DNA from: Camelus dromedarius | Lineage: Eukaryota | NCBI RefSeq assembly: GCF_036321535.1 | Contig: NC_087472.1 | Span: 97,156,001-97,220,000 of the forward strand | Reading direction: 5' to 3' | DNA: 64,000 nt | Shown here: piece by piece, positions 14,151 to 27,099 of the stretch | Layout: each line of letters opens with the position of its first letter | Position numbering within the stretch: the stretch's first letter is position 1 | The notes under the pieces: generated by a model | What the model was told of the DNA's origin: nothing | Seen by the model: the letters and a program-made list of their open reading frames with translations, nothing else | Databases searched by the model: none | Position numbers and translations under genes: made by a program

Positions 14151-16904
14151 TTTTATGTGCATTTTTTAAGCGCTAGAGGTGATTCTGATTCCTGGCCAAG
14201 GCTGAGAACCACTGATCTATAATATCTACCCAAAAGGAAGGTTTAAAGCCACACTATCAAAGCCTGGATGAGCTCATTAAAGATGTAATATTAAGAAGAT
14301 GAACTACAAGGATCATCCATACCGCCTCACAGATAATGCCAATATCTGTGGCTTCAGTAGTTAGCTTGCCATTTCCGTAGGGGGTTAGGGTGGGTGGGTT
14401 AATGCTAGATACTGGCTCTCATTTTCTTTTCTCCCTTGGTTCGACCCTGATTTCTCTCAGGTTCAGCAAAGTGGAATGCCAACAGAGAACTGAGACTGAG
14501 AGAAAGCATTGCCAAGTACCGTTAATTATTAATGAAATGAATTTGCATCAAACCAGAGGGGATTAAAGTGGCTTAAAATGAATAGCAAGTTCTTGATAAG
14601 GCTTTCCCTATTCTCAGGTGACTGGAATGATGCACTCATGTTGGAGCACATTAATTTAATAGACGCCCTGCTCCCCACCCGGTGCAGCTTGGAGCTGGAT
14701 ATAAGCCCAGCCAGGGGACAGCAGGCTCCGAAGCAATTTCTGCTTATGTGGCTACGGTGAAACGAAGTGATGTGAGTACCATGCGGTCGGCTGAAGAAAT
14801 GCTTTAAACATACCTCAAAGCGAAACATCCTTTCACTACCCCAGCACAAACGCTGGGGAGAGAAAAGGACATGGCTACAGCCTCAAGCAGATCTCAGTTC
14901 AGACCCCAGCTCAACGTTACCATACCCTATGCCTATGATCTTGCAAATTACCTAACCTCTCAGAGCCTTTGATTTCTTTATCTGTAAAATGGGATAAGTA
15001 GACATACCTTAAGGGATCATATGTAAAGTGCCAGGCTCACAACAGGCACCCAGCAAATAGCAGTTATTATTGCTTATGGTGCTGGAGGGAGACACTGTTG
15101 AGAATATACTTCTGTGGTGGGAGAGAGAGACCAGCAGAGAGAAGGTGGTGCTCTAGAAGCTAGTCTTTGGACAGATGGCAGGCCCATATTGAAAATGGAA
15201 ATGTTTCCTGCTGCTACAGATCCAAGGAAAGTCTTTAAGTCTGTGCAGAACATAAAGGGATTGGCTCCCAGAATTTTCTATTAGTTCATTACACACACAG
15301 GCACATAACTGTGCCAAGGACATGTGGAAAGCTAACTCAGCTTGAAGGCTGGTAAGAAGGTCAGGGTGCCTCAGCAGGGCATTCTGGACAGGTCAGGTTT
15401 ATAACTAAGATATCCCTTGCGGGACACTGTCCTCACGCAAAGAAAACTCACCTAGGTGGCCATTTTCTGCTCCATGTGTCCTCAACTTCTCCTTGGCCAC
15501 AGCTGACTAGACCATAGATGAGTGTGAAAGCTGGGGCCCTTTCGTCTATCTTGCTCACTTACTCATCTTTTAAGATCTAGTTCAAATATTATAATTTATA
15601 GAAAGCTTTCCCTAAGTGTTTAGGTCAGTAGGACAGAATTGACTGAGACAGAGTTGTGATAGGATAGGAAGAAACCAACAGGCAGGGATAGACTGATTAT
15701 CATCCAAGCCCTAGACACCAACTGACATGGAAAGAATGACAGTAGCAACAGTGCAGCATTTATTGAACACTTATTTTGTGTAAGGCATTAGGCTCGACAG
15801 TTTTCATGCATGATCTCTTCTGTTAACCCATTAAGGAAGGTACAATTACTTCCCGCATTTTAGAGATGAAGAAATTGAAGCTTCATGTAATTCAGTGACT
15901 TTCCAAGCTTGAAGCAAGGTCAGATCTCGTTGTTTCTAATCTCAAGCCCTTTAACCACCCCCCTACACAGCCTCACCATTGGTGGACAACAGTGCCAGTG
16001 TGGCATGAGAGCTGGGAACTGCTTTGTTGTTCGGCAGAAACCGTGTTCAGAGTGAGCATGGTACCATTTCTTGTATGCATTCCTTGTATTTGGTTATTTA
16101 GACTGGATTATTTCAAGTTGTGAAAACAAAAATCAATCTTGTTCACTTGATAGCAATTCATTTGTTTCGTGATTAAAAGGTCATTCTTTTATGTTTAAAT
16201 AACATAATTCAATGAAAGAAATTCTTAGAGCAGCATTATTAGACCCAGGACCATATAATAAACATTTGAAAAGCACTTGGTATTTTAAGAAATGGCCAAG
16301 TCATTAACTGATTAGTTAAATACTCCTTAGGTGGTGGGTGAGTAATAGAATAATCTCTGTTTTAGGGAGAAGTTAAGGAGACCCTAGGAGGTTAATATGT
16401 ACCCAGGTTCCCCACTGGAAGAGATAACACAAGGCTTAGAATTCAGCATCACTAACTAGTTTTCCAACCAGTTCCTTGGTATTGAAAAGGAGTAACCCCT
16501 GGAGTGGCTGCATGCATTACAAAACTGCTTAAATACTTGAACTATATGCCCTTTGGAGTTAGATTTACAGAGAATTCAATACTGTCTTCAATACTCCCAT
16601 CCTATAATTTTAATGTTGGTAAATTTCCATCAATTCATTCCTTCAGCAAATATTTATTTTGTAATTATTATGCATAGATACTGGGTTCCATTCTGGAAAC
16701 ACAACCCTGGGCAAGACAGAGCTTACATTGGGAGGTGAAAACGAGTAAACTGCAGTTATGTGGGGCTGATGAGAGCCATGGTGAATGCACACAATGAAGA
16801 GGCGGCATATGTCTGTGATGCGTGAAGCTTGTGTCTGCTAAAAGAGCAGTTTTACTGTCCCAGACTCTTTTCTACCAGTTACCAGAGCTTAGAACCCTGT
16901 AGAC

Positions 16905-17057
16905 CAGTGGTTCTCAAACTTTGGTGGATATAAGAATCACCTAGGAGCTTAGTAAAATACCAAGGCCCAGGCCCTGCCTGACTTTAACAAGAACGGGCCT
17001 CTGTGTTCTTCATCAGCTCTCTAGGCGATTCTGACACAAATCTGTTTGAGAACCACT
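16905..17057. mobile_element. MER5-family MITE
   Basis: TIRs cagtggttctcaaact / tttgagaaccactg. Confidence 0.8.
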
Positions 17058-17096
17058 GCTCTGGACTAACAGTACACCGTTTCTCTGCATGTAGTA

Positions 17097-17255
17097 CAGT
17101 TGTCCCTTGGTATCTGTGGGACATTGGTTCCACATACCCACATCCTGTCCTGTGGATACCCAAATCCCCAGATGCTCAAGTTCCTTATATAAAATGGTGT
17201 GGTGCAGAGTCTTCTGTGTCTGCATGCTAAAGCCGTGGGTCCAGAGGGTCAACTG
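17097..17255. mobile_element. Tigger-derived MITE (MER2/MER8-like)
   Basis: TIRs cagttgtccct / agggtcaactg flanked by TA dinucleotide TSDs (17095-17096, 17256-17257). Confidence 0.75.
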
Positions 17256-17669
17256 TATGACATGTGTGGCAGTTAAATTCTTTTCTGTGTTTTCTTTCTG
17301 GAATATGGAATAGGACCTGATACAGGATATCTGATTTCAAGAGACTTTGGCTTGTTTGAAGCTGAATTACTCAAAGTGGGAAAATAAAATTTTCTGTCTC
17401 CTTTCATGTTGGTTACCTTGTCCCTGACCTATATCTTTGGCTTACTGCACTCATTTTCTTTGAAGTTGTTTTCTGAGCAGAAAACATTTTATTGAAAAGT
17501 GCTCTTATGAATTCAAAAGGTGGGATTAAGTAGGAAATATCAGCACTAGAACGGAGACAAATACTTGATGGAAGACAATATTCCCTTGGGGGAGAATCCT
17601 CATTTCCTGTTTCTTCATTGCTTTTCCATTTCCACTGAGACAGAGTTTAAATGAAAGCTTTCCATTCAT

Positions 17670-17850
17670 GATTGTGTGACTTAGGGGAAGTTGCTTAACC
17701 TTTCTGTGTTTCCACTTTCATCATCTGTAAAATGGAGATGGTGATAATGATAGTAGCTATCTCACAGGGTTGTTACGATGATTAAGTTAACAAATGAAAA
17801 CACTTAGAACTGGAAACCTAGTAAGTGCTCAGTAAATGTTCCTGCTATTA
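17670..17850 (+). mobile_element. MIR SINE
   Basis: MIR core tgtgacttaggggaagttgcttaacctttctgtgtttccactttcatcatctgtaaaatgg. Confidence 0.8.
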
Positions 17851-18329
17851 TTTTTTCCATCATACCTTTTAAATATCTCATTCCTCCTGGTGCATCTGTT
17901 GTTTCCTTTCTGGATTATGTTGAGGGTAAAGACCAAAGGGTTCTGTCAAGATTAATTGAAAAAGAATTGGGGCCTCATAAAGGACTAAAATGAAATTAAA
18001 CTAGCCTCACAGTTACTGCCAATCCTTTTTTTTTTATAAACATACAATGTTTAGAAACTGGGGAAAAGTTTAGAAACAGAACCTGTTGTCAGCCAAGGGC
18101 AATGTGAAACCATGCATGAAAATGGTGGGCCAAAGACCACCTGTACTGATTCTGCAGAACTTCCCCAGAGGAGGCCAACAATCTCCTAGGAGCTGTGCCA
18201 TGGACCCTGCCCCCTCTCCTAACCTTCTCAACACGTGGCAGAGGCCCTAGCTGAGAACCACCTATATAGACTGTGGACTGTATTTAGAGTTGGGATAGGG
18301 GGATGCTTCTGAGGTAGAACTTGAATTTC

Positions 18330-18900
18330 AATAAGGTGTCAGTATTTCCAGATGCACAGAAAGCTGCAAAAATAGTACAGAATCCCATGTATCTGTCCTC
18401 CAGCTTTCCTCAGTGGTGACATATTACACAGCTGGAGCATAATATCAAACCCAGAAATTGACATTGGTACAACACTGTCAACTAGTCTACAGATGTTCAA
18501 TTTTTACCGTTTTTACACACATTTGTGTGTGTGTGTGTGTATGTATGTGTAGTTCTTTACAACTTTATTCATATGTGGATTCACGTAACCACCATCGCAA
18601 TCAAGGTGCAGAACTATTCCATCACCACAAAGTAACTCCCTTGTGCAACCCCTTTATATTTGCATTCATGCCCGGCAAATGCCAATCTGGTCTGTGTCTC
18701 TATGGCTTTATCACGTTGAGAAGATTGTGTAAATGAAAGCATACAGTTTGTAACCTTTTAAGAGTGATTTTTTTTCATTAAGAATAATGTCCTTTAAATC
18801 CACTTAGGGTGTTGCGTGTGTGGATAGTTTGTACCTTGTTTTTATTGTGGAGTAATATTCCATTATACGGATGGAACAGAGTTTATTTAACCATTATTTC
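18330..18900 (-). mobile_element. Old L1 (L1MC/MD) 3' UTR
   Basis: tcaaacccagaaattgacattggtaca ... gtaaccaccatcgcaatcaagg ... gagtaatattccattatacggatg. Confidence 0.75.
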
Positions 18901-21364
18901 ACTCCCTCCTGTTTTTAACTCACATCTGTTAGTCTTTGAGGTGCTGATTTTCTATTATAGCTCCTACACCTAAGCCAGTATGTAATTCAGTGCATTGAAA
19001 TGGGATTGTAGCATATTAGAATTAACATAGAATTTATATTCTAGTGCCTTCTCAGCTATGGAAATCTTTTCAGTAACATTTGGGTAGCTTTTACATATCT
19101 TTGAACTACAGAATGGACAGTATTTTCAATTATGACTAGTTATTTTAAAATCTTTAATTCCCATCATAGATTCATGACTTTACATCTGCCTTTTTTCTTA
19201 CTTACTCATATATATATCCTGTATTTGTGGGATGATACCGATTTTTTAACATTGGGTTCTTTATCCAACATGATAATAATATTTTAAATAATTTTACTTT
19301 CTATTGCTACTAATGGAAATCAGACTCATTATAGAAGTTTCCCATGATCAAGGAGAAGAAAGTTTAAAAATCACCTGAAATCCTATCACACGGGAAAAAC
19401 TGCTGTTTAATATATTATTGTAAATCCCTCCAGGGCCTTGAGAACATTTGAACTTTCTATTCCTCAATATTAAACTGCCTATCCTCTGGACCTCACTCGG
19501 TGAGCAGAGTTGCAGTGTCTGCACCCTGTGCTTGAAGCTCTGAGATATGACCAAAGGAACCTGAGCCGTGTGCTCACGCCATCTTTATGACCCAGACTTC
19601 TGTGTTGAGCAAATGTGCATCTTCTTTCCTAACTGATAAGCTGATCCAGAATTTGCAGAAATCTCAATAAATCACTTTATATCCTCCCCCTACCTTTACT
19701 TTGCCCAGAGACTCGGGGCAGGGCCAGTCCCAAGCTGACATCCTTTCCTGAGAACCCCTTCCTGGTCCTGCTTGGCCTTCCGAGGTAAAGCTCCCAAGCT
19801 GAAGTCACCCATATTTTCCATGTCTCCATAGTCATCCCACCAAGGGACAGGATCCAGCAGCAGGAAAAAAACAAAACGGCTACCTATGGCATTCCTTTTA
19901 TGGAACACTGGTCTGTTGGATCCTAAAGGGGACCTTCCTCAATGTCTGGCCAGAGTTCTCCCCCTTGAGGTCAGAGGGAAGAGAAGAGGGCTATAGCTTG
20001 CCTGCCTTTCCTTCCCCTCAGCGATGTGCTGGAACACAGGTACGATGGCCTGCAGGTGGTGAGAAGTCCATTCCTGGCTTGTGGGATAGGTAACTTCTCC
20101 CTCCTCACTAGCATCTAGGGAGATCCAGGAGGGCGGGTGCGCCCTCCCATCCCGTCACTGCTATGTTGCTCAGAGATGTTCAGCAGTTATTGTGGGCTCG
20201 CTTGGGCCCTTCTCCCACTCCAGAAAGTAGATTGAAATGTTCAGCTGACATTATTGCAGGGATGGCCTTGAATCATCTCTAGTTTAGAAAAATAATGAAA
20301 TTGATCACCAACTTGTTGCTAATACTGGTTACAAATTTCTAGGGCACATCCCGCAGTTGATCCTGGCACATCAGTGTGTCTAGGCTTTGTCATTTCCCAG
20401 GCCTTGCCATCCTTTAGAACTGCATATTTTCTGCATTCCCAAGCTCTGTTGTCTTGGTCCATCACTTGAATTGTGACTGTCTTCACCTTACTGATCTTGT
20501 CAGCCTCTGTTCTGGCCCTCTGTTTAATCCCTTCATCATATGACTGAGAGTGGTGTTTCTGGAGGGGCCGCCCTTTCCTGATCCTCCCTGGCTCGCCAGT
20601 ATTACCAGGATGAAACCCAGGGAAATTTTCTGGGGAAACTCTATGCTCCCATAGCTCCTTGGGTGACCCTCTAGTACAGCCGTATCAATAGTTAACTTAT
20701 TGTCATCTCCTCCACCCCACCCTCATCATCATACTGCAGGTATTTTGAAAAAGATTATGTTTTATTCGGTCTTGCATCCTTAGTGTCTGAATAGAGTAGA
20801 TGTTCAACACATATTTGCTGAATCAATCAGTATAATTAAAAGCCTACACATGTTTTTGTTTTTTTGTCTTAAACTTGTTTTCATATTTAAAATAAAACTC
20901 TTTCTCAATATTTTTGTCAAATCGATCACATTACCATAATTTTTCTTTTTGCTCCAGTCTGTTTTTCCCCCCTCTCAGAGGATATCTTCATAAGCATTGC
21001 CGCCAAATAGCATTTCTTTTAGGTGAGTCTGTTGAAAATACAATGTGAGAAAATTTCCAAACACATATTATGAGCTGACTCCTCTTGACAATCATGATTT
21101 CTCTCATCAGTTTCAAAATATGAGTATCATACACATGGTTGGATGATTCTTCAACACTGATAAAACTCTATCATTGAATTTCATGGCCCAACTTCGTTAA
21201 TCCCTGAGCAGGTTTTATTAATTATTCTTTCACATTCTCTCTGCTGGGCTTTCTGCCTCTTGTAAACTGGTTTAATCTTCAGCTCTTTAAAAGCGCTATT
21301 ATTAGGGCTACTTGTAATGACTTGCTTTTGTCACACCTGGGTTTGTCTTTTACTTCTGCTTTTT

Positions 21365-21548
21365 AGACTGTGCTGCAGTGCTTCCCAAAATCACCTGGAG
21401 GAATTGTTAAAACACGGACTGCTGGGCTCCACCCCCAGGGCTTCTTATTTGGTAGGTTTGATTGGGGCTGAGAATGTACGTGTCATAGCAGGTTCCCAGG
21501 TGATGCTGATATTACTGATACGCAACCCACGCTTTGAGACTCACTGCT
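21365..21548. mobile_element. MER5A MITE
   Basis: aatcacctggaggaattgttaaaacac ... ttcccaggtgatgctgat ... ctttgagactcactg. Confidence 0.75.
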
Positions 21549-22473
21549 CTACTAGCTTGAGTAGCACTGTTTGATAATTTTCACAGCCGTAGCCACTCAA
21601 CTGATGCTTGTTGATTCTGCCCCATTTGGCTAGGAAGGCATATGAGGACGTTAGTTGGCTTAGTACCACGTGTCTTCACGACTGATTCAGTATGGCTCAC
21701 AGACTAGGGCCTTTTGCTTAGTGTTCCAGCTCCCGTGTTTTACCTTCCCAGATTCCTTGTTGGGCACACTGTTTCCTCTGGGACTATGGTACTTTGATTT
21801 CCCTTGCTCATTTCCTTCTGGAAGCTGAAGATCAGACCGTAAGTTTCTTTTCCACATCTGGGCATCTACTGGCTTGCCTAAATCTGTATTTGTGACCCTG
21901 TGTTTACCCTGGTGTTGTTGGCTTGCTCGTCCTGATTTTGTTCTCGTTTGTTAGGACTTTGGGGTTTGCCTGCTCTATGCCAGTGAGCTGGTGTCCCGGG
22001 CCTGGATAGCTCTTACCTGGCGTTCCTCAGTGTTAGTGGGGCCTGACTTCAGCAGGTATCTCACTCTCTACTTTTTAAACATTGGATATTTATTCAAGTG
22101 AGAACTTGGTTGCTATTTATACGACTGTTGCTTATTTTTTTCCCCTTTTTGACTTCTGTATGTGGTTCCAGACCCCTCAACCTCCTTCCTCACACTCTGA
22201 GACTCAATACTGGCTTGTTTCTTTTTCCTATGTAAATGATTACTTTTCTAGTAAGATCATGCAACTTAGCTATAAGGTTCTAGTGCCAGCTACATACATA
22301 ACTTAGGTCAACGTAAGTGAAACACATTCTCTCCCTTTTAAACCTGTGTCACTGAGATCATGGGCTTGCTACTCTAAGTTCAGTCTGAGGATGAGCAGGG
22401 TTAGCACCTTGGGGGAATTTGTTAGAAATGCAGAGCCTCAGGCCTCACCTCAGGCTTACTGAATTAGAATCCA

Positions 22474-23048
22474 CATTTTTTTTATTGAAATATAGTTGAT
22501 TTACAATATTGTTGGTTTCAGGTGTACAGCAAAGTGATTCAGTTACATATATATTTCAGATTCTTTTCCATTATAACTTATTATAAGATACTAAATATAG
22601 TTCCCTGTGCTTTACAGTAAATCCTTGTTGCTTACCTATTTCATGTACAGTGGTTTGTATCTGTTAATCCCATACTCCTAATTATTCCCTCCCCCTCCTC
22701 CGTTTCCTCTTTGGTAACTAAGTTTCTTTTCTATATCTGTGAGTCTGTTTATTTTGTTTATAGATTCATTGGCATTTTTTAGATTCCATATTTGAGTGAT
22801 ACCATATGATATGTGTCTTTCTCTGTCTGGCTTAGTATATTCTCCAGGTCCATCTATGTTGGTGCAAATGGCAATATTTCAATATTTCACTCTTTTTTTA
22901 TGGCTGAGTAATAATTCTGTTGTGTGTGTGAATTTGGGTTGTTTGCATGTCTTGGCTATTATAAATAGTACTGCTATAAACATTGGGGTGCACTTATCTT
23001 TTCAAATTAGGGTTTGCATCTTTTCTGGGTATATGCCCAGGAGTGGGA
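22474..23048 (-). mobile_element. Artiodactyl-type L1 3' end inserted into a MER5A (host about 22365-23105)
   Basis: Poly-T then ttattgaaatatagttgatttacaat; TSD tagaatcca at 22465-22473 and 23049-23057; MER5A halves on both sides. Confidence 0.85.
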
Positions 23049-23375
23049 TAGAATCCAGTTTAACAAGAGCCCCAGGTGATTACTATCCACATAATTACAA
23101 ACTGATAAATGGTATAGCTCCTCCTCTAGGATGAACTGCTACCACCTGACTAAGCATGGCTCACAATCTTAGCATGTCACTAGTTCATCCAACTTCCTTA
23201 TCACTACTGATGTAATTATTACAAACCTATGTTGGTTGTTTCCCTCTGACAATATGAACTCTAATGATTCTGCTGGAACCCAGGAACTCACTGTGTACAG
23301 TTGAGATTTGTTGCTTCCTGGGTTGTCTCTTTGGCAAGGCATTTCCAACTGAGAGGACTACTTCCCTGAGCATGC

Positions 23376-23742
23376 TTTTTCCAGCTTTCTTGAGATATAA
23401 TTGAGATATAGCACTGTGTAAGCTTAAGGTGCACAGCATAATTATTTGACTTACATACAGCATGAAATGATTACCCCAGTAAGTTTAGTAAACATCCATC
23501 AGCTCATATAGATACAAAATTACAGAAATAAAATACATAAAAATTTTCCTTTGTGATGAGAATTCTTAGGATTTACTCTCTTAACATCTTTCATATATAA
23601 CACATAGCAGAGTTAATTATATTTATCATGTTGTCCATTGCATCCCTAGTACTTAGTTATAACTGAGAGTTTGTACCTTTTGACCACCCTCATCCAATCT
23701 CCCCTCCTTGACCCCCCGCCTCTGGTAACCACAAATCTGATC
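23376..23742 (-). mobile_element. L1MA9-like 3' end
   Basis: ccagctttcttgagatataattga ... ctctggtaaccacaaatctgatc; probable short TSD tgcttttt on both sides. Confidence 0.85.
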
Positions 23743-23759
23743 TGCTTTTTTTTTGTCAT

Positions 23760-26620
23760 GATCTTATGTGGGTTTGGATGAAAGGCAGGCTAAGAGTGCA
23801 GGGTGGATGAGTCCCACAACACTATATATCAGGTGTTCATTGTAATGCTGGCCCATAGTAGATGACCATTCAAACAGCTCTCACCAGCATTTAACATGGG
23901 GATCAGGCTGGGTGAACTAACTACACCAGGGTTTGTGTAGTAGATGGGACCAGCAGTTGTGGTCTGGATGGTGATAGGTGAATGGTCTTTTTTTTCGAGA
24001 TGCTCATCTCTCTTGGAGCAGGATTCTAACCAGTGAGGACTGATTTCCTCACCTTTCCGGCTCTTTTTTTTTCGCTGCACATTCTGGACTTAATCCTAAA
24101 CCTGAGAGTTAGACTTCTTGTGTCAACCAGACAGGTAGGAGATGATGAGGTGCAGGGTGATCTGCCTTCTGGCTGTATTATAAATCTCAGGCTTCAGGTG
24201 CTGTCTGACCTCATTGTCATGGCCAGGGGCTGTTAAGGGCTGAAAATCCCCTTGTATGGGAGATGCAGGAAGCCTGAGGCCCTGTTTGTTGGTAGCTAGT
24301 TTGAATACAGTGGCAAGCCGGTGATAAAAATAAGGGAAGTGGGCCAGGAGTGGTGGTAGGGAAGAGTGAGGGCTGTGAAGACAGGGAGTGTGCGTGCTCT
24401 GTCCAGAGAGGACAGCAGCTAAGGAGACCCAGGCGCCTGGTGGCGTGTAGGCATGTAGCCTAGAGCTGCCAGCTTTTCTGACTTCAGAAGCCAGAACTCT
24501 AGGAGATTCTTCCCCCACTCCCCAGTGTGACATAACAAGTATTTTGAAAAGTTGTCAAACAAAATTAAGTACCTCTTTAGGTTAAATTTGGCCTTTAAAG
24601 ACCCTATTTTCACTTCTAGATGATGGCAACTTGAGCAAAGAATGAAAAATTCCATTACTGGGTATTGATAATCATTTATCAATATGGATCTGTCTTGTTC
24701 CAGAGGCTTTTGATCCAATTCCCCAGCTTGGCTTTACTTATGTGGTAAGCAACAGATAATGATTCAACAACCGCTATTTTAATGTTCATTAAAATAGAAC
24801 TGAGGGTGCTGCTCCAAGCTTGGTACAGAAATGGATCTAGATATGTATATTCTATATTGGATTCTATCCTTCTCTCCTGCTTTTTTTCCTCCAACAATCA
24901 CACTGAAATGAAATAATTTAACCTAAGGCTACTAATGGCATGTAGTGTTATTACAAATCTATGACACTAATTTAAGCATAGGAAAGTGAAGAGGGAACAC
25001 CACTGGCTGAACAACAATGAGTAAATCTAGTCAACTGCTGTGAGTCTAAATGTTAGGTGCTGCTACTTTTCTCTGGAGATACTGGTGAATATTCTTCCAA
25101 AAGATAAACAGCATATACACATAAGTGTGAAAACATTTGAATATTACAGAAATCTCCAGAATGTGCAGCAGAGACATGTTAAAGCCAGATAACTCTTCAT
25201 AAGTTACTAGCTCAAGATTTGAAGTCTTCCTTACTTATTTTTAAGGATTCTAACACCAAAATCCACAAATGCCAGTGTAAATAGGTCATATAAATTTCTT
25301 GAATCAAGGACCAACCAATACTACTTTTGACAACTCTCAATGTTTTTAACTATCAGAATCCTTTCTTAGGGTCCGTATTTTTTCTTTTTTGTGGGTGTGA
25401 CTCACCCAGTTTACCAAGTTTTGAGAAGTTTTAAAAATAAAATTCCCATTTTAAAAGATGGACTGAATACTTCAGACTAGGAGAAGCCAGTTTAGAAAGT
25501 ATATACTTAAAACTCTCCTCAGCCAGGCAGAAACACTACCTGGCTGGGGCCACCTGGATCTGTATGTTCTGACTGTCTTGATGCCATGTAACCTGGGTGT
25601 TAGGGGATCTACAGGATTGCCTATCTGATCTTGAAAGACTTTGGGTTGCCTAGAGCTGGCCTTGGGATTGAATACTGTATAACTATATGAGATAGCTATC
25701 CCCTGCCTAAAGGCATCCTGAATCAACCAGAAGGCATTTTTCACCATTTACCATCTTAGACTTCTGAGCTACTGTATCCTTGCATTTTGGTATTGAATTC
25801 CCCTTATTCCAAAAGCTCAGACATTATTTAAGTAGTTGCTTATACTTTCTAAGAAGGTTTACTCTATCCTGTTCCAAGCCTCCTAAAATTGTTAGGATCC
25901 ATGATTCATGTCTTCAAATTATTTTAGTTCTAAGGACTTTTTAAACAAATCTTCACTAACTGTTCACCTTTTCCTTATCATTCTAAACGTTTCTTTATCC
26001 TGTCCTTCAAACAAAACCTACATCTGTCCCCTTGGAGCCGACAGGTCGTATACAATGAATTAGTTGGAGACTAAAATATGCCTGCTGCTTTGCTACTCAA
26101 AACAAACAAAAAAGCCCCCCCCCCACCAAAACGAGTTTCTTCCATGACCAAACTATGGATTTCGACTATCAGTCACTAAAGTTCTTAAACTTGACTTCTC
26201 TGAGCTTCATGCTGCTCATGTTTACCTATAGCTCATCGTCCAATGGACAGAGCCCGATATGAATGGGCCATCTGGTGATAGATTCTTGGAGCTCCAGTGT
26301 CTGAGCACATAGCATGACTGCCCAGCATGGTTCTCTCTCTCTATCTTGCTGGCCATACTTTCGCATTCCTGATTAGATGTCTGCTTTCAAATCCAGATAT
26401 TAAGTCCAATAACAAGTGTTATATAAGTTGTATTTAACATCCACAGAACTCTGTAGGCCACCAGATTATGGAGAACAGACACGTGCCTCACACTTTTAAA
26501 CTCATGGTAGTCCCTCCTCTCAGTCTATAAAGGCCAAAACTATCCAGGGGTCAGGGGTACAGAAAATTCAGTTACTTTGTATTTTCAAAATAACCATAAA
26601 CTATTTTTTTACCCTTAAAA
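23760..26620 (-). pseudogene. Endogenous bornavirus-like L (EBLL), main segment: RdRp and capping domain, heavily degraded
   Basis: Collinear minus-strand matches to recalled BoDV-1 L: GF..NAKVWP (26394-26350; GY..NAKWP); FSD**SKSIVWS (26180-26145; FNDIVSDKAIISS); FE/DRI..KEK...RF (26011-25947; FEDRL..KEKELK.GRFF); LL..LS..KGNS.....D(Y)SS..W.NAF (25835-25730; motif A, KGDS.....DYSSWCNGF); QD..NP (25633-25613); KTSQN (25432-25418); CL/SAA (25176-25164); VYLLEEY (25109-25089; LYLIELY); LDPF (24840-24829); QKPLEQDRSILIND (24712-24671; QQPLTEMAQLLARD); WGKNL (24517-24503; WGRDL); HRL...QGL (24323-24276). Confidence 0.8.
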
Positions 26621-26639
26621 TTTGAAGAATTCTTTGGCA

Positions 26640-27090
26640 GGGAGTTGTAGGACTTAGAAAAGTAGTTCTCCTACATATTCTGAGTACTAGTGAGAATATA
26701 AATTAGTATAATGTATCTAGAAAGAAATCTGGCAGTCATCGTATATGGTTATTCCCTTTCCAGGAATTTGTCTTAAGGGAAATTATGTTAATGTCAATAA
26801 AAGTATCTGTACAAGACCAATTTTATTGATAATAAAAAGAAATGAGCAACAAACAAATAGAACAGTTATTCTATAGTAGTCTATGGAGTACTGGGCACTC
26901 ATTAAGAATCATATTTTGATAATATTTGGGGAAAATAATCATGTTATTGCAAAAAAGGAAGATACAAAAGTAAAGTGTGATGCTAGTCTTATAAAAACAC
27001 ATAACTTTTCTTTTCCTCATAGGCTGTCATTGGGTAATAGGATTGGGGTCCTCTGTTTTGTTATCTACATTTACTGTATTTCTTTTCTAT
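26640..27090 (+). mobile_element. Very old L1 (L1ME-type) 3' ORF2/UTR fragment interrupting the EBLL
   Basis: tagtgagaatataaattagtataa..tctagaaagaaatctggcagt ... attccctttccaggaatttgtcttaagg ... ctatggagtactgggcactcattaa. Confidence 0.6.
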
Positions 27091-27099
27091 TGCTTTTAG

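Noticed and set aside
22100..23370. Continuation of the L C-terminus beyond the L1 (e.g. NLIAKL near 22270 versus DLVAKL)
   Set aside because: A single short match with spacing about 60 codons off; not enough to extend the feature.
23376..23760. EBLL-L1 chimera formed in one integration event (L1 3' end directly downstream, same strand)
   Set aside because: The L1 is much less diverged than the EBLL and appears to have its own short TSD, so it is a later insertion.
24030..24330. Alternative readings of this stretch as bornaviral N, filoviral NP, a TEA domain or a kinase
   Set aside because: Each gave only two or three scattered residues, whereas the L capping-domain reading (HRL..QGL, QH, C.EK, ISK) continues the collinear L alignment.
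25450..25880. Plus-strand RTE-like RT motifs (KRWTEYF, ILKD)
   Set aside because: Downstream RT motifs are absent, and the opposite strand is explained far better by the L alignment.
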